This document shows, one piece after another, positions 1 through 10,637 of a stretch of 64,000 nucleotides of DNA. The notes below the pieces were generated by a model. It was given only the letters and a program-made list of their open reading frames with translations. It did no database searches and was not told the DNA's origin. The DNA comes from Candidatus Cloacimonadales bacterium (GTDB lineage Bacteria > Cloacimonadota > Cloacimonadia > Cloacimonadales > JAFGVF01). Every line of letters begins with the position of its first letter. Within the stretch, counting starts at the first letter, position 1. The stretch spans positions 736,001-800,000 of the forward strand of contig CAXXOU010000001.1 in assembly GCA_963677495.2 (NCBI GenBank), written 5' to 3'. Position numbers and translations under genes: made by a program.

Positions 1-429
1 TATCCCCTCATCGCTCTATCATAATAAAGTATAGAAAACTGCCAGATTCAAGTGAGTCTCTTGGGGCTCCCTTAGGCTGGAAGGTAAGAGACTGTCTTGA
101 AAGTAGGCAGAAAAAGGTGATTATAGATTACGTATTAAGATAGACTGATGATAGGCAAATGTCTGACACTTGACCACGGCTTCCGTGGTTTGGGCGTGGT
201 TGATCCGTGGTTATTCCGTGGTAAAACAGCTCATTTCCGGTTGTCTGTTATTCGACTTACTCGGTGAATTTGCTTGTTTTATACTAATTTAAATTTATAT
301 AAATCTCCATAATGTTTACAAAGTCTCGATAATCGGCTTGGTATACATATCAAAATTAACCTTTACAGAATAGAATATTGTGAATAACTGCAAAAGAGTT
401 ATATTATAGAAAACATTGAAGGTGGAGAA

Positions 430-969
430 ATGAAATACACAGTTCTAATTATGATACTTATGGGGTTAGTTATGAGCATTAGTGCAACTATTTATGATAT
501 AGAAGTTAAGTCGATTGATGGTGAGATGATGGAACTTAGTGAATATAAAGGAAAAGTTATCTTAATAGTTAATACTGCCTCTAAATGTGGTTTTACAGAG
601 CAATACGATGGACTTGCAAGACTATATAAACAGTACAAAGATGATGGACTGGTAGTGCTTGGATTCCCGGCAAACAACTTCTTAGGTCAGGAACCCGGAA
701 CAGATGAAGAGATTCAGAAGTTCTGTACTGAGAAATTTGATGTAACATTTCCAATGTTCTCAAAAATTGATGTAAAAGGCAAGAACATACACCCTCTGTA
801 TCAATACCTTACTTCAAAAGAGTCAGGACATGATTTCGGAGGTAAGATAACTTGGAACTTCAACAAATTCCTTATCTCAAGAGACGGGAAAGTCATCAAT
901 AGATTCGGTACAAAAGTATCACCCATAGACGATAAAGTTTTGGAAGAAATAGAGAAAGCTTTAAAATAA
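430..969 (+). CDS. gpx: Glutathione peroxidase family protein (Cys-type), with N-terminal signal-like segment
   Basis: VNTASKCGFT, LGFPANNFLGQEPG and WNFNKFL motifs typical of Gpx/BtuE. Confidence 0.92.
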   Translation: MKYTVLIMILMGLVMSISATIYDIEVKSIDGEMMELSEYKGKVILIVNTASKCGFTEQYDGLARLYKQYKDDGLVVLGFPANNFLGQEPGTDEEIQKFCTEKFDVTFPMFSKIDVKGKNIHPLYQYLTSKESGHDFGGKITWNFNKFLISRDGKVINRFGTKVSPIDDKVLEEIEKALK

Positions 970-1478
970 TGAAATTAGTTTTACTATGTATCCTTCTTCT
1001 ATTATTACTCGGTTGCAAAGGTGATCACAAGACCGTTGAAACATTGGAACTAGATAGATTTATGGGTGATTGGTACGTAATCTCAATCTTACCAAACCCC
1101 ATAGAGAAGAATGCAGTAAATAGTATAGAAAGCTATGCTCTGAATGAAGATGGGACAATATCTATAAGATATACATTCTTCAAAGGGTCAGTGGATGGTA
1201 AGAAAAAGGTTATGAAACCTAAAGCGAAAATCTATAATCATGACAGCAATGCCGAGTGGAGAGTGCAGATGTTTAAACCGTTTTGGTCACCTTACCTTGT
1301 GATTGATTTAGCGGAAGATTACAGATACACAGCGATAGGTGTGCCGAATAAAAAGTTCCTCTGGATTATGAGTAGAACCCCTGTTATGAGTGCTGAGGAC
1401 TATGCAAGTGTGATTGATTCTGTAGCAAAGCAGGGATACAACATAGACAAAATTAAGAAAATCCCTCAAATATGGTAG
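969..1478 (+). CDS. blc: Lipocalin family lipoprotein (Blc-like)
   Basis: Lipobox LLLGC; GDWY motif; DYRYTAIG..WIMSR motifs; start overlaps the gpx stop. Confidence 0.88.
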   Translation: MKLVLLCILLLLLLGCKGDHKTVETLELDRFMGDWYVISILPNPIEKNAVNSIESYALNEDGTISIRYTFFKGSVDGKKKVMKPKAKIYNHDSNAEWRVQMFKPFWSPYLVIDLAEDYRYTAIGVPNKKFLWIMSRTPVMSAEDYASVIDSVAKQGYNIDKIKKIPQIW

Positions 1479-1484
1479 GTGTGA

Positions 1485-3263
1485 ATGAAGATTAAGTATT
1501 TAGATGGGAAAAGATTCCATGCCGGATTGATTGCAGGTGGAAGAGCCGTGATCAAGAGTCGAAACTACTTGAACAAAATAAATGTATTCCCGGTTGCAGA
1601 TGCAGATACAGGTACCAACATGGCTGCTACTATGCAAGCAATATTAGATAGATCTAAGATTGGAAAAACTCTGCATGATACACTCTCATCTGTTTCAGAT
1701 TCAGCGTTGACCGGGGCAAGAGGAAACTCTGGCATAATCTTTGCACAATACTTACATAGCTTAAGTAGTGAATTGCCAAAGAAAGGGCAGATAACAGTAA
1801 AGAAATTTGCAGAAAGTGCACAAACAGCTGTAAAACATCTCTATGACTCTTTAATGAATCCCCGAGAAGGCACCATGCTCACTGTGATTAGAGAGTGGGC
1901 AGATGACCTCGAGAAGCGAAGTCACAAGACTACAGACTTTATGCACCTTTTAACTGAATCATTAGACACAGCCAGAGCATCTTTGAAAGATACTCCTAAC
2001 AAACTAAAAGCCCTTGCGGAAGCGGGGGTTGTTGACGCAGGTGCCAGTGGATTTGTTGAATTTCTTGAAGGTATAGTAGAGTTTATACACAAAGGTTCTT
2101 TAAAAGGACATCATGTACAACCGGTAGAGGATATTGATATTGAGGAAATTGATGATCACACAGAGAAACCTGGAGAATTCCGCTACTGTAATGAAGCTAT
2201 AATCACTAAATGTAAACTTACAGTTAAAGAATTGAAAGAACGTCTTAGCCCGTATGGGGATAGCCTGATAGTTGCCGGAGATCAAGCAAAAATACACCTA
2301 CACATACATTCTAATGAACCGGAAAAGCTATTTGGAGAGCTACAGGAGATTGGAAAGGTTAGTGGCTCTAAGGTGGATGACATGGCAAGGCAGTATGAGA
2401 TTGTTCATGAAAGAGCAAATAAGATCGGATTAATAACTGACAGTACATCTGACATACCCGGTGAGTTGGTTGATAAGTATCAAATCTCTCAGTTACCACT
2501 GGGAATCAACTTTGGTGATAAAGAATATCTAGATAAAAAGACAATCAAGCCTGAGAAATTCTATAGCATGATCAGGACTGAGCCAATTCATCCTGAAAGT
2601 GCTCAACCCACTCCGAAAATGATAAAGACCTTATTTGATTTCACAAGTTCACACTATGATGATGTAATTGTTTTAAGTGTATCTGAATTCCTTAGTGGAA
2701 CCTACAATAGCATGAAACAGATTGCAGCTAATATGGAGAACACGAACATTCATATTGTTGATACAAGGCAGATATCAGCATCACATGGGTTGATTACTAT
2801 GAGAGTTGCAGAAGCAATTGAACAGGGATTAAGTGTAGAAGAGATTCTGGAGAAGCTATCAAAATGGATAGAGGATACGGAACTCTATACTGATATCCAA
2901 ACGTTGAAGTATATGGTCAAATCGGGTCGTGTTAAACCATTCGCAGGCTTTGTAGCTTCAATGCTAAACTTGAAACCATTAGTTATCCTTGATAATACCG
3001 GAAAAGCAAATCTAATTGGCAAAAGTATAATCAGAAAGCAAAATATGGATAGAACAATCAATATGATTAAGGAGAAACTAAAATATAAGAAACTCTATAA
3101 TTATTGTATTGTTCATGCAGAGAACTTGCCTCGTGCCAAACAATATGCAGAGCTCTTAACAACCATTACAGGTAAAAGACCGGCTTATATAATGCCAATA
3201 TCACCGGTTGTTGGTGTGCATAATGGCGTGGGTGTAGTTGGTATAGGTATAATGTATGATTAA
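1485..3263 (+). CDS. DAK2 (FakA-like) - DegV (FakB-like) fusion protein, fatty acid kinase-like
   Basis: N-terminal [18 protein letters not shown] / GARGNSG (DAK2); C-terminal ITDSTSD, SGTYNS, VDTRQIS, SGR, GVHNG (DegV). Confidence 0.88.
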   Translation: MKIKYLDGKRFHAGLIAGGRAVIKSRNYLNKINVFPVADADTGTNMAATMQAILDRSKIGKTLHDTLSSVSDSALTGARGNSGIIFAQYLHSLSSELPKKGQITVKKFAESAQTAVKHLYDSLMNPREGTMLTVIREWADDLEKRSHKTTDFMHLLTESLDTARASLKDTPNKLKALAEAGVVDAGASGFVEFLEGIVEFIHKGSLKGHHVQPVEDIDIEEIDDHTEKPGEFRYCNEAIITKCKLTVKELKERLSPYGDSLIVAGDQAKIHLHIHSNEPEKLFGELQEIGKVSGSKVDDMARQYEIVHERANKIGLITDSTSDIPGELVDKYQISQLPLGINFGDKEYLDKKTIKPEKFYSMIRTEPIHPESAQPTPKMIKTLFDFTSSHYDDVIVLSVSEFLSGTYNSMKQIAANMENTNIHIVDTRQISASHGLITMRVAEAIEQGLSVEEILEKLSKWIEDTELYTDIQTLKYMVKSGRVKPFAGFVASMLNLKPLVILDNTGKANLIGKSIIRKQNMDRTINMIKEKLKYKKLYNYCIVHAENLPRAKQYAELLTTITGKRPAYIMPISPVVGVHNGVGVVGIGIMYD

Positions 3264-4029
3264 TTATGACTCCTTAGCCTTCGCAGCTATAACAATCTTT
3301 GCGTTTATGAACGCAATGTTTCTTCTGGCTGTTACGATCAGAAGAAATGATATCGTTGATATTGCTTGGGGGATGGGGTTTATACTAATCACTGTTATAT
3401 CTCAGATCCTTTATCCCGGATTTGAGCTTCGTAGATTGTTAATCAATATACTTGTTCTTCTATGGGGTTTACGACTTGCGATCTATATACATATAAGAAA
3501 TAAAGCTAAATCAGAGGATTTCAGATATGCTAACTGGCGGAGAGAATGGGGTAGATTCTGGGTAATTAGATCATACTTCCAAGTCTTCATGATCCAAGGC
3601 TTATTCATGCTCTTTATAAGTTATCCAATTTATGCTAACATTCATGCTGAATATGTTGGACTTAATGTTCTGGATCATATTGGTATTCTTGTTTGGCTAA
3701 TAGGTTTCTATTTCGAAGCAATTGGTGACTATCAGATGATGAAGTTCAAGAAAAACAAAGACAATAAAGGCAAGATAATGACAGAAGGTGTCTGGAAGTA
3801 TACTCGTCATCCTAACTATTTTGGAGAATCTGCAATATGGTGGGGATTGTTCCTACTATCCTATAGCTCCACAGGTTGGATCACAATTATTAGTCCGGGT
3901 GCCATTACCTTCACTTTACTATTTCTTTCCGGTATTCCTTTATTGGAAAAGAAGTACAAAGATAACCCTGAATTTCAGGAATATGCAAAGAAAACCAGTG
4001 CGTTCATACCTTGGTTTCCCAAAAGATGA
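3256..4029 (+). CDS. DUF1295 / steroid 5-alpha-reductase-like membrane protein
   Basis: [20 protein letters not shown] and [12 protein letters not shown] motifs; several TM segments. Confidence 0.88.
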   Translation: MINYDSLAFAAITIFAFMNAMFLLAVTIRRNDIVDIAWGMGFILITVISQILYPGFELRRLLINILVLLWGLRLAIYIHIRNKAKSEDFRYANWRREWGRFWVIRSYFQVFMIQGLFMLFISYPIYANIHAEYVGLNVLDHIGILVWLIGFYFEAIGDYQMMKFKKNKDNKGKIMTEGVWKYTRHPNYFGESAIWWGLFLLSYSSTGWITIISPGAITFTLLFLSGIPLLEKKYKDNPEFQEYAKKTSAFIPWFPKR

Positions 4030-4712
4030 GAAGTCTATTACTATTTTTACTACTTGTATTTTCTACACAGCTGTTAACAGTTACTGCTGATATATACTTG
4101 CAATCAACAAATGAACTTGTCTATAAGTTCAATGATGATACAGATGTTGTAGGAGACACTTTAAAGTTAATACACAACTACACGAAACCTAACGGTGAGA
4201 TCATTGCCCAGGATATTGCTTATTTTATTGATGATAAGTTAGTGAAAGGAGTAACGAAGCTTTATCCAATGGAACAAACCGGAGAAATAGAGTTTCTTGG
4301 TGAAGAGATTAGATTATCATTTGATGATCAGGGTAAGAAAAAGAGCAAGACTATTGATGCAGTTCCGACAACGATTGCCGGTCCCATGCTGAATAATTTC
4401 ATTATAGAGAACTGGGAGATTCTATTTAAAGGTGACATAGTAAAATACTACCTTCCTGCTCCTGAGTATTTAGCTTTAGGTAGATTCTATCTAAAGAAGA
4501 TTGAGACCAGTAAACATCAAACAGCTAATAGTGTAGTATATAAAATGAAGCCAACTAACATCTTTCTAAAACTGTTCATCAAGGCCAGCTACTTTGTTTA
4601 TGACATTGATTTAAGAAGAATAAAGGCAATACATGGAACAACCATATTACCAATCTTTAGAGATGGTAAATGGCATAAAACATCTGAAGTTGATATCTAT
4701 TTTAATGACTAG
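4026..4712 (+). CDS. Secreted hypothetical protein
   Basis: ORF with signal peptide [17 protein letters not shown] overlap with the upstream stop suggests a start at 4026. Confidence 0.7.
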   Translation: MRSLLLFLLLVFSTQLLTVTADIYLQSTNELVYKFNDDTDVVGDTLKLIHNYTKPNGEIIAQDIAYFIDDKLVKGVTKLYPMEQTGEIEFLGEEIRLSFDDQGKKKSKTIDAVPTTIAGPMLNNFIIENWEILFKGDIVKYYLPAPEYLALGRFYLKKIETSKHQTANSVVYKMKPTNIFLKLFIKASYFVYDIDLRRIKAIHGTTILPIFRDGKWHKTSEVDIYFND

Positions 4713-5317
4713 TTATCTAATTCCACCGTCTCGCAAGTATCCCCGGTTCGGAAATTGAAATCCTTCTGCACAACTTCCCAATTACCATAATAGTAGGTTA
4801 AGTATTCCTTATAATCTTTGGGGGCGGAATACATCTTCCCATTAAACTCAAGCTGGGTTTTATTATCATAGAAATGCTTAGGTGTTGATTTAAGAACAGG
4901 TCGCTTATCATCTACAGTCCAGTAGTAATTATCATCATCTAATGGAAATTTAATGAATAAATCCATCATACTGATACCTTTGAAGAAGAGAAACTTTCGT
5001 GTCTGGATTCTTAGGATTCTGGGAGTGCCTTTCTTAAAAGGTCCTGAGTCTTTCTTACATCTTCTAATTTTAGAACGGTAACCTGCCATCCAGATCTTCC
5101 ATCGAATTGCGAAAAGCTTCTTCATGTTCACACTTGAAACGTTTAAATCCATGTCGGTGTCCCATGGTAGAAGTCTGTTTTCTCTAACGATTCCGAGCAG
5201 TGTCCCGGCTTCTAAAAGATAGGGAACATTGTTTTTCTCTAAAATAGTTGTAATATCTTTAAGCATTTTAAGGGCAATCTCTAAGTATTTGCCTTGAAGT
5301 TTGACTGTTCCGGCCAT
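4709..5317 (-). CDS. LicD family nucleotidyl/phosphotransferase
   Basis: GTLLGIVRE..LPWDTDMD motif; YLTYYYGNW C-terminal motif. Confidence 0.85.
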   Translation of the reverse strand: MAGTVKLQGKYLEIALKMLKDITTILEKNNVPYLLEAGTLLGIVRENRLLPWDTDMDLNVSSVNMKKLFAIRWKIWMAGYRSKIRRCKKDSGPFKKGTPRILRIQTRKFLFFKGISMMDLFIKFPLDDDNYYWTVDDKRPVLKSTPKHFYDNKTQLEFNGKMYSAPKDYKEYLTYYYGNWEVVQKDFNFRTGDTCETVELDN

Positions 5318-6360
5318 TAGCGTAAGTATCCTTTTCTAAATATACTATGATAAATAATCTGCATCTTGCGGATAAGATTTAAGGGTTTGTGTTTCTTGGG
5401 GTAATCTGCAGGATTAAGCTTTTCAAGCTCATTTACGATTCTCTCTGCAGTTTTACAATCCAGGTAAGGGTTTACCTCTCCCATTGCTACATCTCTTCTC
5501 TTCTTTAGTTCATCCGGATAAGAAAGACAATAATCAATTGCATCTCTTAATTGATTTGGACTGGTAATGTCATGGGCTTTTTGAGTTCTCCCAATTGTCT
5601 TATAAGTGATAACAGGTTTATCTAGTGCAAGGAACTCATAAACAACTGAAGATGTATCTGAAATCATCAGATCTGATAGGTGTAGATATGGTGAAATATC
5701 CTCTCTTGTGATAATTCTTGCTTTAGAACTATCAATGTCTCTAAACTTAGCTATCTGCTCTTGAGGCATTAGTTCATGGAACTTAAGAAACCAATATTCA
5801 TCATCTTGCATTTCGTTATGAATAGTATCCATTAGTTCAGTTGCTGATTCCATAGTAGTACTAAAGGTTGGAGCATAGAGAATTAGTTTCTTGTCCTTTG
5901 GTACATCCTTAACTGCATCTATCAACTCTTGTGGGTAATTTAGAATAAAATCAAGCTTAATCCAACCGGTTTCAATAACATCAAAGTACTTATATTTCTT
6001 TTGCATCTCCAAGAATCTTTCAGTTACATAAGGCCCTGATGTAAGGAAAACATCAAAGAAATGCCTGATTCTGTAGTGTACAGGTTTCTCGACACCAAGC
6101 CCATGAAAAAGCTGTACTTTGATTCCAGGGATACGGAAATCCACAAAGTTACCAGGAGCTAAGACATAGTCGGGATTAAACTCTTTTGCTTCTTGAATTG
6201 TACCTAGTATTTTAACTTCAGGATGCTTTTCATGGATAGCATTTTTAACTCTCGCAGAAGTGTAGAATGCATACTCTCTTCCTGTTTCTTTTAGGTATAT
6301 AACTAATGGAGCAACTATAGATATCGAATACTGTTTGGATAGATAGAAAAGATACTTCAT
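5317..6360 (-). CDS. CDP-glycerol glycerophosphotransferase family (TagB/TagF-like)
   Basis: QLFHG, ILYAPTF, KFHE and MISDTSSVVYEFLALDKPVI motifs. Confidence 0.85.
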   Translation of the reverse strand: MKYLFYLSKQYSISIVAPLVIYLKETGREYAFYTSARVKNAIHEKHPEVKILGTIQEAKEFNPDYVLAPGNFVDFRIPGIKVQLFHGLGVEKPVHYRIRHFFDVFLTSGPYVTERFLEMQKKYKYFDVIETGWIKLDFILNYPQELIDAVKDVPKDKKLILYAPTFSTTMESATELMDTIHNEMQDDEYWFLKFHELMPQEQIAKFRDIDSSKARIITREDISPYLHLSDLMISDTSSVVYEFLALDKPVITYKTIGRTQKAHDITSPNQLRDAIDYCLSYPDELKKRRDVAMGEVNPYLDCKTAERIVNELEKLNPADYPKKHKPLNLIRKMQIIYHSIFRKGYLR

Positions 6361-7379
6361 TTAATTATCTCCATTATATCAAGAAACTTTTTATAAACCA
6401 CATCAGCTGTAATACCAAGAGTTCTATCAGAAGAATCTTTGCATTCCCAGTTTCTTAAATATGGGTGAGTTGGCTTATGCCAAGCCTGCCATTTCTCAGG
6501 TTGAGAATGCGGCCCAAATATGGCTATTGATGGTGTTTGCATCGCAATTGCAACATGATTGATGCCACCATCCTGAGAGATATACATTTTAGCTCTTTTC
6601 AATAAAGCTCCGGCTTCATTGAATGTTGTTGGCAATGCTAAGATTGGCTCTGTATCCATCATCTCGGCAATTGTTTGACAATCCTGCTCTTCACCGGGTC
6701 CCCAAAGTAAAACAACTTTAAGGTCATGATTCTTCTGAATCATATCTCCGAGTTTTGCAAACTCCTCGAGTGACCACTTCTTAGCTAATACCGGAGTTCC
6801 GGGGGAGAAGACAACAAATCCTTGAAGTGGGATATTCTCTTGATTGAGCCAATCATCTACTCTAGATTGCGATTTATCCTTGATTTTGTAATAGAGTTCA
6901 TGTTGTCTATGCTCGATTCCTAAAGGTTCCAGAGCATCGAACTTCATGATTGAATAGTATCTGTAATTCTGTCTTTTGCGTTGATAATTATAAACCCAGT
7001 TCCAACGTTTAAGTTTCCAACCTATTCTTATCCTTGCTCCACTTAACAATGCTATCTGAGCAGAACCTGAACTTCTTAGCATATCGATTACTAAGTCATA
7101 CTTTGTTTTCCTGACCATGGATACTACTCTAAAACGCTCCCTATAGTAATCCATTCCCTTCTTTTTATGCATAATAACGAGATTATCAAGATAAGGATTA
7201 TCCTCAAGTAGCGTGACATAAGGTTTCTGCACTAAAAAATCTATCTGAGCATCAGGGAACTTTTCTCTAAGAGCCGGGAAATATCCGGTATTGAGGAGTA
7301 CATCTCCAAAAGGTTTGTACTGTATTATTAGTATTTTCTTTACTTTCTTTATATCCTCTACCGGAACCATCTTCTGCAT
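6357..7379 (-). CDS. Glycosyltransferase family 9 (heptosyltransferase-like)
   Basis: FGDVLL, KKW and DGGINHVAIAMQTPSIAIFGP motifs. Confidence 0.87.
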   Translation of the reverse strand: MQKMVPVEDIKKVKKILIIQYKPFGDVLLNTGYFPALREKFPDAQIDFLVQKPYVTLLEDNPYLDNLVIMHKKKGMDYYRERFRVVSMVRKTKYDLVIDMLRSSGSAQIALLSGARIRIGWKLKRWNWVYNYQRKRQNYRYYSIMKFDALEPLGIEHRQHELYYKIKDKSQSRVDDWLNQENIPLQGFVVFSPGTPVLAKKWSLEEFAKLGDMIQKNHDLKVVLLWGPGEEQDCQTIAEMMDTEPILALPTTFNEAGALLKRAKMYISQDGGINHVAIAMQTPSIAIFGPHSQPEKWQAWHKPTHPYLRNWECKDSSDRTLGITADVVYKKFLDIMEIIK

Positions 7380-7388
7380 ATTCTAAAC

Positions 7389-7778
7389 CTACTTATTTGC
7401 GTTTTTATAATCTACGTATTCTTTCTCTTCAACAAGGTTAGAGCCATGAGCAAGATTTATCTCTTTCTTGATATCTGCTCTGTTGTCATTCTCTACGTAA
7501 ACGCTTCTGGCAAGTTCAATAAACCTATCACCAAATCTACCATTATACTCTTCGATGCGTATATCATCCTCAATATGCCAAAGACGTGTGTTTACCTCTT
7601 TTAATCTAAGAAAGAAGTCAGAATCTACAGTAATTCCAATACTTTCCATATCAGCTCTGAGTAACGCATACTCTTTCTTCACGTTTGCAAGCTTTTCTGC
7701 ATTCTTAAACTTTTCTGTTTTAATCTCTAAAATCGTTACTTTGTCTACAAGTTCACCTATTGATACTTCTATTTTCAT
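7389..7778 (-). CDS. DUF6165-like hypothetical protein
   Basis: VSIGELVDKVTILEIK, LWHIEDDIR, FIELARSVY..ND.RA.IK motifs. Confidence 0.75.
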   Translation of the reverse strand: MKIEVSIGELVDKVTILEIKTEKFKNAEKLANVKKEYALLRADMESIGITVDSDFFLRLKEVNTRLWHIEDDIRIEEYNGRFGDRFIELARSVYVENDNRADIKKEINLAHGSNLVEEKEYVDYKNANK

Positions 7779-8767
7779 CTATTACTCCTCTTCAATATTT
7801 CTATGAAGTGTTTAACTCTTAACATAAAACCTGAATGCTGTGTGAATTCACCCTCTTCAAAGACAAACTCACCGTCTCTCTCTATTATTCTTCCGGGCTT
7901 CTCGTCTTTATACATCAAATCAGTTGTTGATTGACCCCAAATCGCTTGAAGCTCATTAACTAGAAGTTCATTATCCACAGTTTCAAAGATGTCAACAGAC
8001 ATCGATAGAAAGTTTCCCTTTTCACATATATCTTTGACAAGGTTGAGTACAGCTTTAGGAGGTAAATCCCAACCTTTTAGTTTCGACCCACTGGCAAAAT
8101 CACCTTTTAGTAGTTTCTTATGACCGAAGTATGAGTCACCGACTTTTACAACTCTCCATTCCCATTTAATCTGCTTAAACTCTTGAATCAGGGCATAGTG
8201 CCGTTGTAGTGTTGCAATTGCCGGAACCGGTAGAATCTTTCCTGTCTTTTGTGGGGTATAACCTGTTGCCAGTTTTGTACCACTGAAACCGAACACATGG
8301 TTAGCTATTCTTTTTGCTACTACTTTGTTCTTAATGATCTTCACGCCTTTACCGGTTGAACCGGTATTAGTTTTAAACACTAATGGATAGTTTGCATTTT
8401 CAACATACTGAAGATAGTCTGCCTTTTTATAGAAAACTTTGGTTGGAACATGCGGAAATCCGTTCAACTCAAGCCAATACGCCATCATCTTCTTGTTCTC
8501 GTAGATAAAAAGTTCATCATAAGAGGGATAGATTGGTCTATTCATGAAGTGAGATATTGTGTATAACTTCTCATCATACATCGCCTTTCGCTCCTGATAC
8601 TTAGAAGGAGGACGACATACGAATCCATCACAATCAGATTTCTTAACATTCTCTAACCAATCAGGTCCGATAATATCGATTATTTCATAATCAATTCCAA
8701 GCTCTTCGCAAGATCTAACATAGTATTTATGCTGGTCTCTAAACGCTGTGAGAATACCTAATTTCAT
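7775..8767 (-). CDS. ATP-grasp (RimK-like) ligase
   Basis: YPLVFK, GSTGKGV, IQEF, EWRV, VDIFE and VNELQ motifs. Confidence 0.78.
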   Translation of the reverse strand: MKLGILTAFRDQHKYYVRSCEELGIDYEIIDIIGPDWLENVKKSDCDGFVCRPPSKYQERKAMYDEKLYTISHFMNRPIYPSYDELFIYENKKMMAYWLELNGFPHVPTKVFYKKADYLQYVENANYPLVFKTNTGSTGKGVKIIKNKVVAKRIANHVFGFSGTKLATGYTPQKTGKILPVPAIATLQRHYALIQEFKQIKWEWRVVKVGDSYFGHKKLLKGDFASGSKLKGWDLPPKAVLNLVKDICEKGNFLSMSVDIFETVDNELLVNELQAIWGQSTTDLMYKDEKPGRIIERDGEFVFEEGEFTQHSGFMLRVKHFIEILKRSNR

Positions 8768-9801
8768 AAATCCTTCCTATAGCTTTCAATAACATGTAGA
8801 GCTCTTTCTGATGCTTTTCCATCAAGCTCATCAAACATCAGTTTATTATATCTAGTCCTAGCTTCTGAAAGCTCATTCGGATTATCTAAAGCTCTTTTTA
8901 ACATTGGTTTCAACTCATCAAAAGTATCTATTCTATAGGTCATCTCATCAAGCATTCCAATTATCTCATCTGTTAATCGCTTAAAAGCAGGAATTCTAAA
9001 GGTTATTATCGGTTTATCCAATGAGTTAAACTCAGCAATTATGGAGCTGATATCAGCAATCATTACATCTGCTAGCAGCAGATATGGCAAGATGTTCTTA
9101 TCTTCAATAAATGTTGTTGTTCTTTTTAGTTTTTCAACTTTAGCTGGAGTAGTCCATTGATGCACTGTCACAAGCACATTGAAATCTGCCTTCAGCTCAT
9201 TAACCCTATCAATCCATTTATCTATTGCCGAGTAGTTTGATTTATCCCAAGTAGCAGTAAACAAAACAGTAAGTTTTTCTTTCGAGAGTCCTAGTTCATT
9301 TCTGAGCTTATCAAGCTGTTCATTTGTTATCTGTCCGTTAAACATAGGATCTATTTTAGGAAAACCTATCGGAACTCCACACATAATATCTTTAGTTTCT
9401 GCATACTTAACTTCATGTTCTGAAGTAAACATGTATGTATCAAAAGCTTGATACTTATGACTTGAAACGAAATCCTTGAAGTGATAAGCCCCATGCCTCA
9501 TTCCAATCTTAGCTATCTTCTTGACCGGATACTTTCTGGCAAGATGACGAGCCATAATCACGATATCAGGATATGTTGGATAGAGGATTGATTCTATATC
9601 ATATTCACTAAGGGTTCTTTGTACTTGCTTACTTCTTGCTACAATCCTTATCTCCGGCATCAGCTTATGTATACTTTGAAAGCAGATATAATCAGCATGT
9701 CCTCCGCATAAGAAGTCAATTTGCTGTTTCTTGTTGAACAACTTTGAAACATACCATCCAAACTTGTACGGTAAAGCTGTGAAATACTGTGAATAGTTCA
9801 T
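8764..9801 (-). CDS. CDP-glycerol glycerophosphotransferase family (TagB/TagF-like)
   Basis: MRHG, GFPKID, LFTATW, ADVMIADISSIIAEF..LDKPII and DGKASER motifs. Confidence 0.82.
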   Translation of the reverse strand: MNYSQYFTALPYKFGWYVSKLFNKKQQIDFLCGGHADYICFQSIHKLMPEIRIVARSKQVQRTLSEYDIESILYPTYPDIVIMARHLARKYPVKKIAKIGMRHGAYHFKDFVSSHKYQAFDTYMFTSEHEVKYAETKDIMCGVPIGFPKIDPMFNGQITNEQLDKLRNELGLSKEKLTVLFTATWDKSNYSAIDKWIDRVNELKADFNVLVTVHQWTTPAKVEKLKRTTTFIEDKNILPYLLLADVMIADISSIIAEFNSLDKPIITFRIPAFKRLTDEIIGMLDEMTYRIDTFDELKPMLKRALDNPNELSEARTRYNKLMFDELDGKASERALHVIESYRKDL

Positions 9802-9804
9802 CTA

Positions 9805-10194
9805 TTAGCTGTCTTTAATCGCCTGCTTCACTTCTGTAGATGAGATATTAGGTGTTCTATCAAGGTAAACTACTTCGCAATAATCTTTTAAAAAGTCAAA
9901 CTTACCATCCCAATCACTGCCCATAACAAACAGGTCAACATTATTGTTCTTCACATCATCTATCTTCTGTTCCCAGTTGTTTTCAGGAATCACTTCATCA
10001 ACATATTGAATTGCTTCCACTATCGCAGCTCTCTCCTCAAAGGGATAAGTACAAACCTTGTTCTTAATAGCGTTAAACTCATCTGTAGAAACTGCAACTA
10101 TGAGATAATCTCCAAGAGACTTGGCTCTTCTCAACAATCGCAAATGTCCGTAATGGAACAGATCAAAGGTTCCGTATGTTAAAACTTTCTTCAT
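9805..10194 (-). CDS. tagD: Glycerol-3-phosphate cytidylyltransferase
   Basis: TYGTFDLFHYGH (HxGH) and RTPNISST motifs; 129 aa. Confidence 0.93.
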   Translation of the reverse strand: MKKVLTYGTFDLFHYGHLRLLRRAKSLGDYLIVAVSTDEFNAIKNKVCTYPFEERAAIVEAIQYVDEVIPENNWEQKIDDVKNNNVDLFVMGSDWDGKFDFLKDYCEVVYLDRTPNISSTEVKQAIKDS

Positions 10195-10576
10195 CTATTA
10201 TAATTCCTTATTTAAACTCATCATTGCTAATAAAGTGTTATTTGTAACAGGATTATTAAGATTGTTAGGTGTCAATAAAAAAGGTTTAGGATAGCTAGCT
10301 TATTGAATGAAACATAGTCTTCTAAAAACTTTTATAACAACAATTCTTTTCATTTCTATTTCTTCTCACCATATATACAAGTCCTTACTCACCTCTGTTC
10401 CAAGTCCTTATTGTCCTGCTTCAAAAACCTTGAATCTCGCTTGTCCCTCCCTAGACCCTCCCTATGAACCCCTAAAGTTATCCACATCGTGTGCATAACT
10501 TATTAGAAGGTGCAAGGAAGTTCTTGATGCGATTAGATAAAGAGTTCCAAAGAGTTAATTAATTGTAAATAATAGT

Positions 10577-10605
10577 TTGACAGAGTGAAAGATTGTCTGT
10601 ATAAG
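10577..10605 (+). promoter_or_regulatory. Sigma70-type promoter of the acyl-CoA synthetase gene
   Basis: TTGACA (10577-10582), 17-nt spacer, TATAAG (10600-10605), upstream of RBS GAGGTG. Confidence 0.6.
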
Positions 10606-10637
10606 ACTATATGTATCATTAATAATGAGGTGAGTTC

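Noticed and set aside
430..969. Selenocysteine-containing glutathione peroxidase
   Set aside because: The active-site codon is TGT (Cys) and the ORF has no in-frame TGA.
7971..7979. Single DnaA box inside the ATP-grasp gene
   Set aside because: Isolated 9-mer in coding sequence, compatible with chance.
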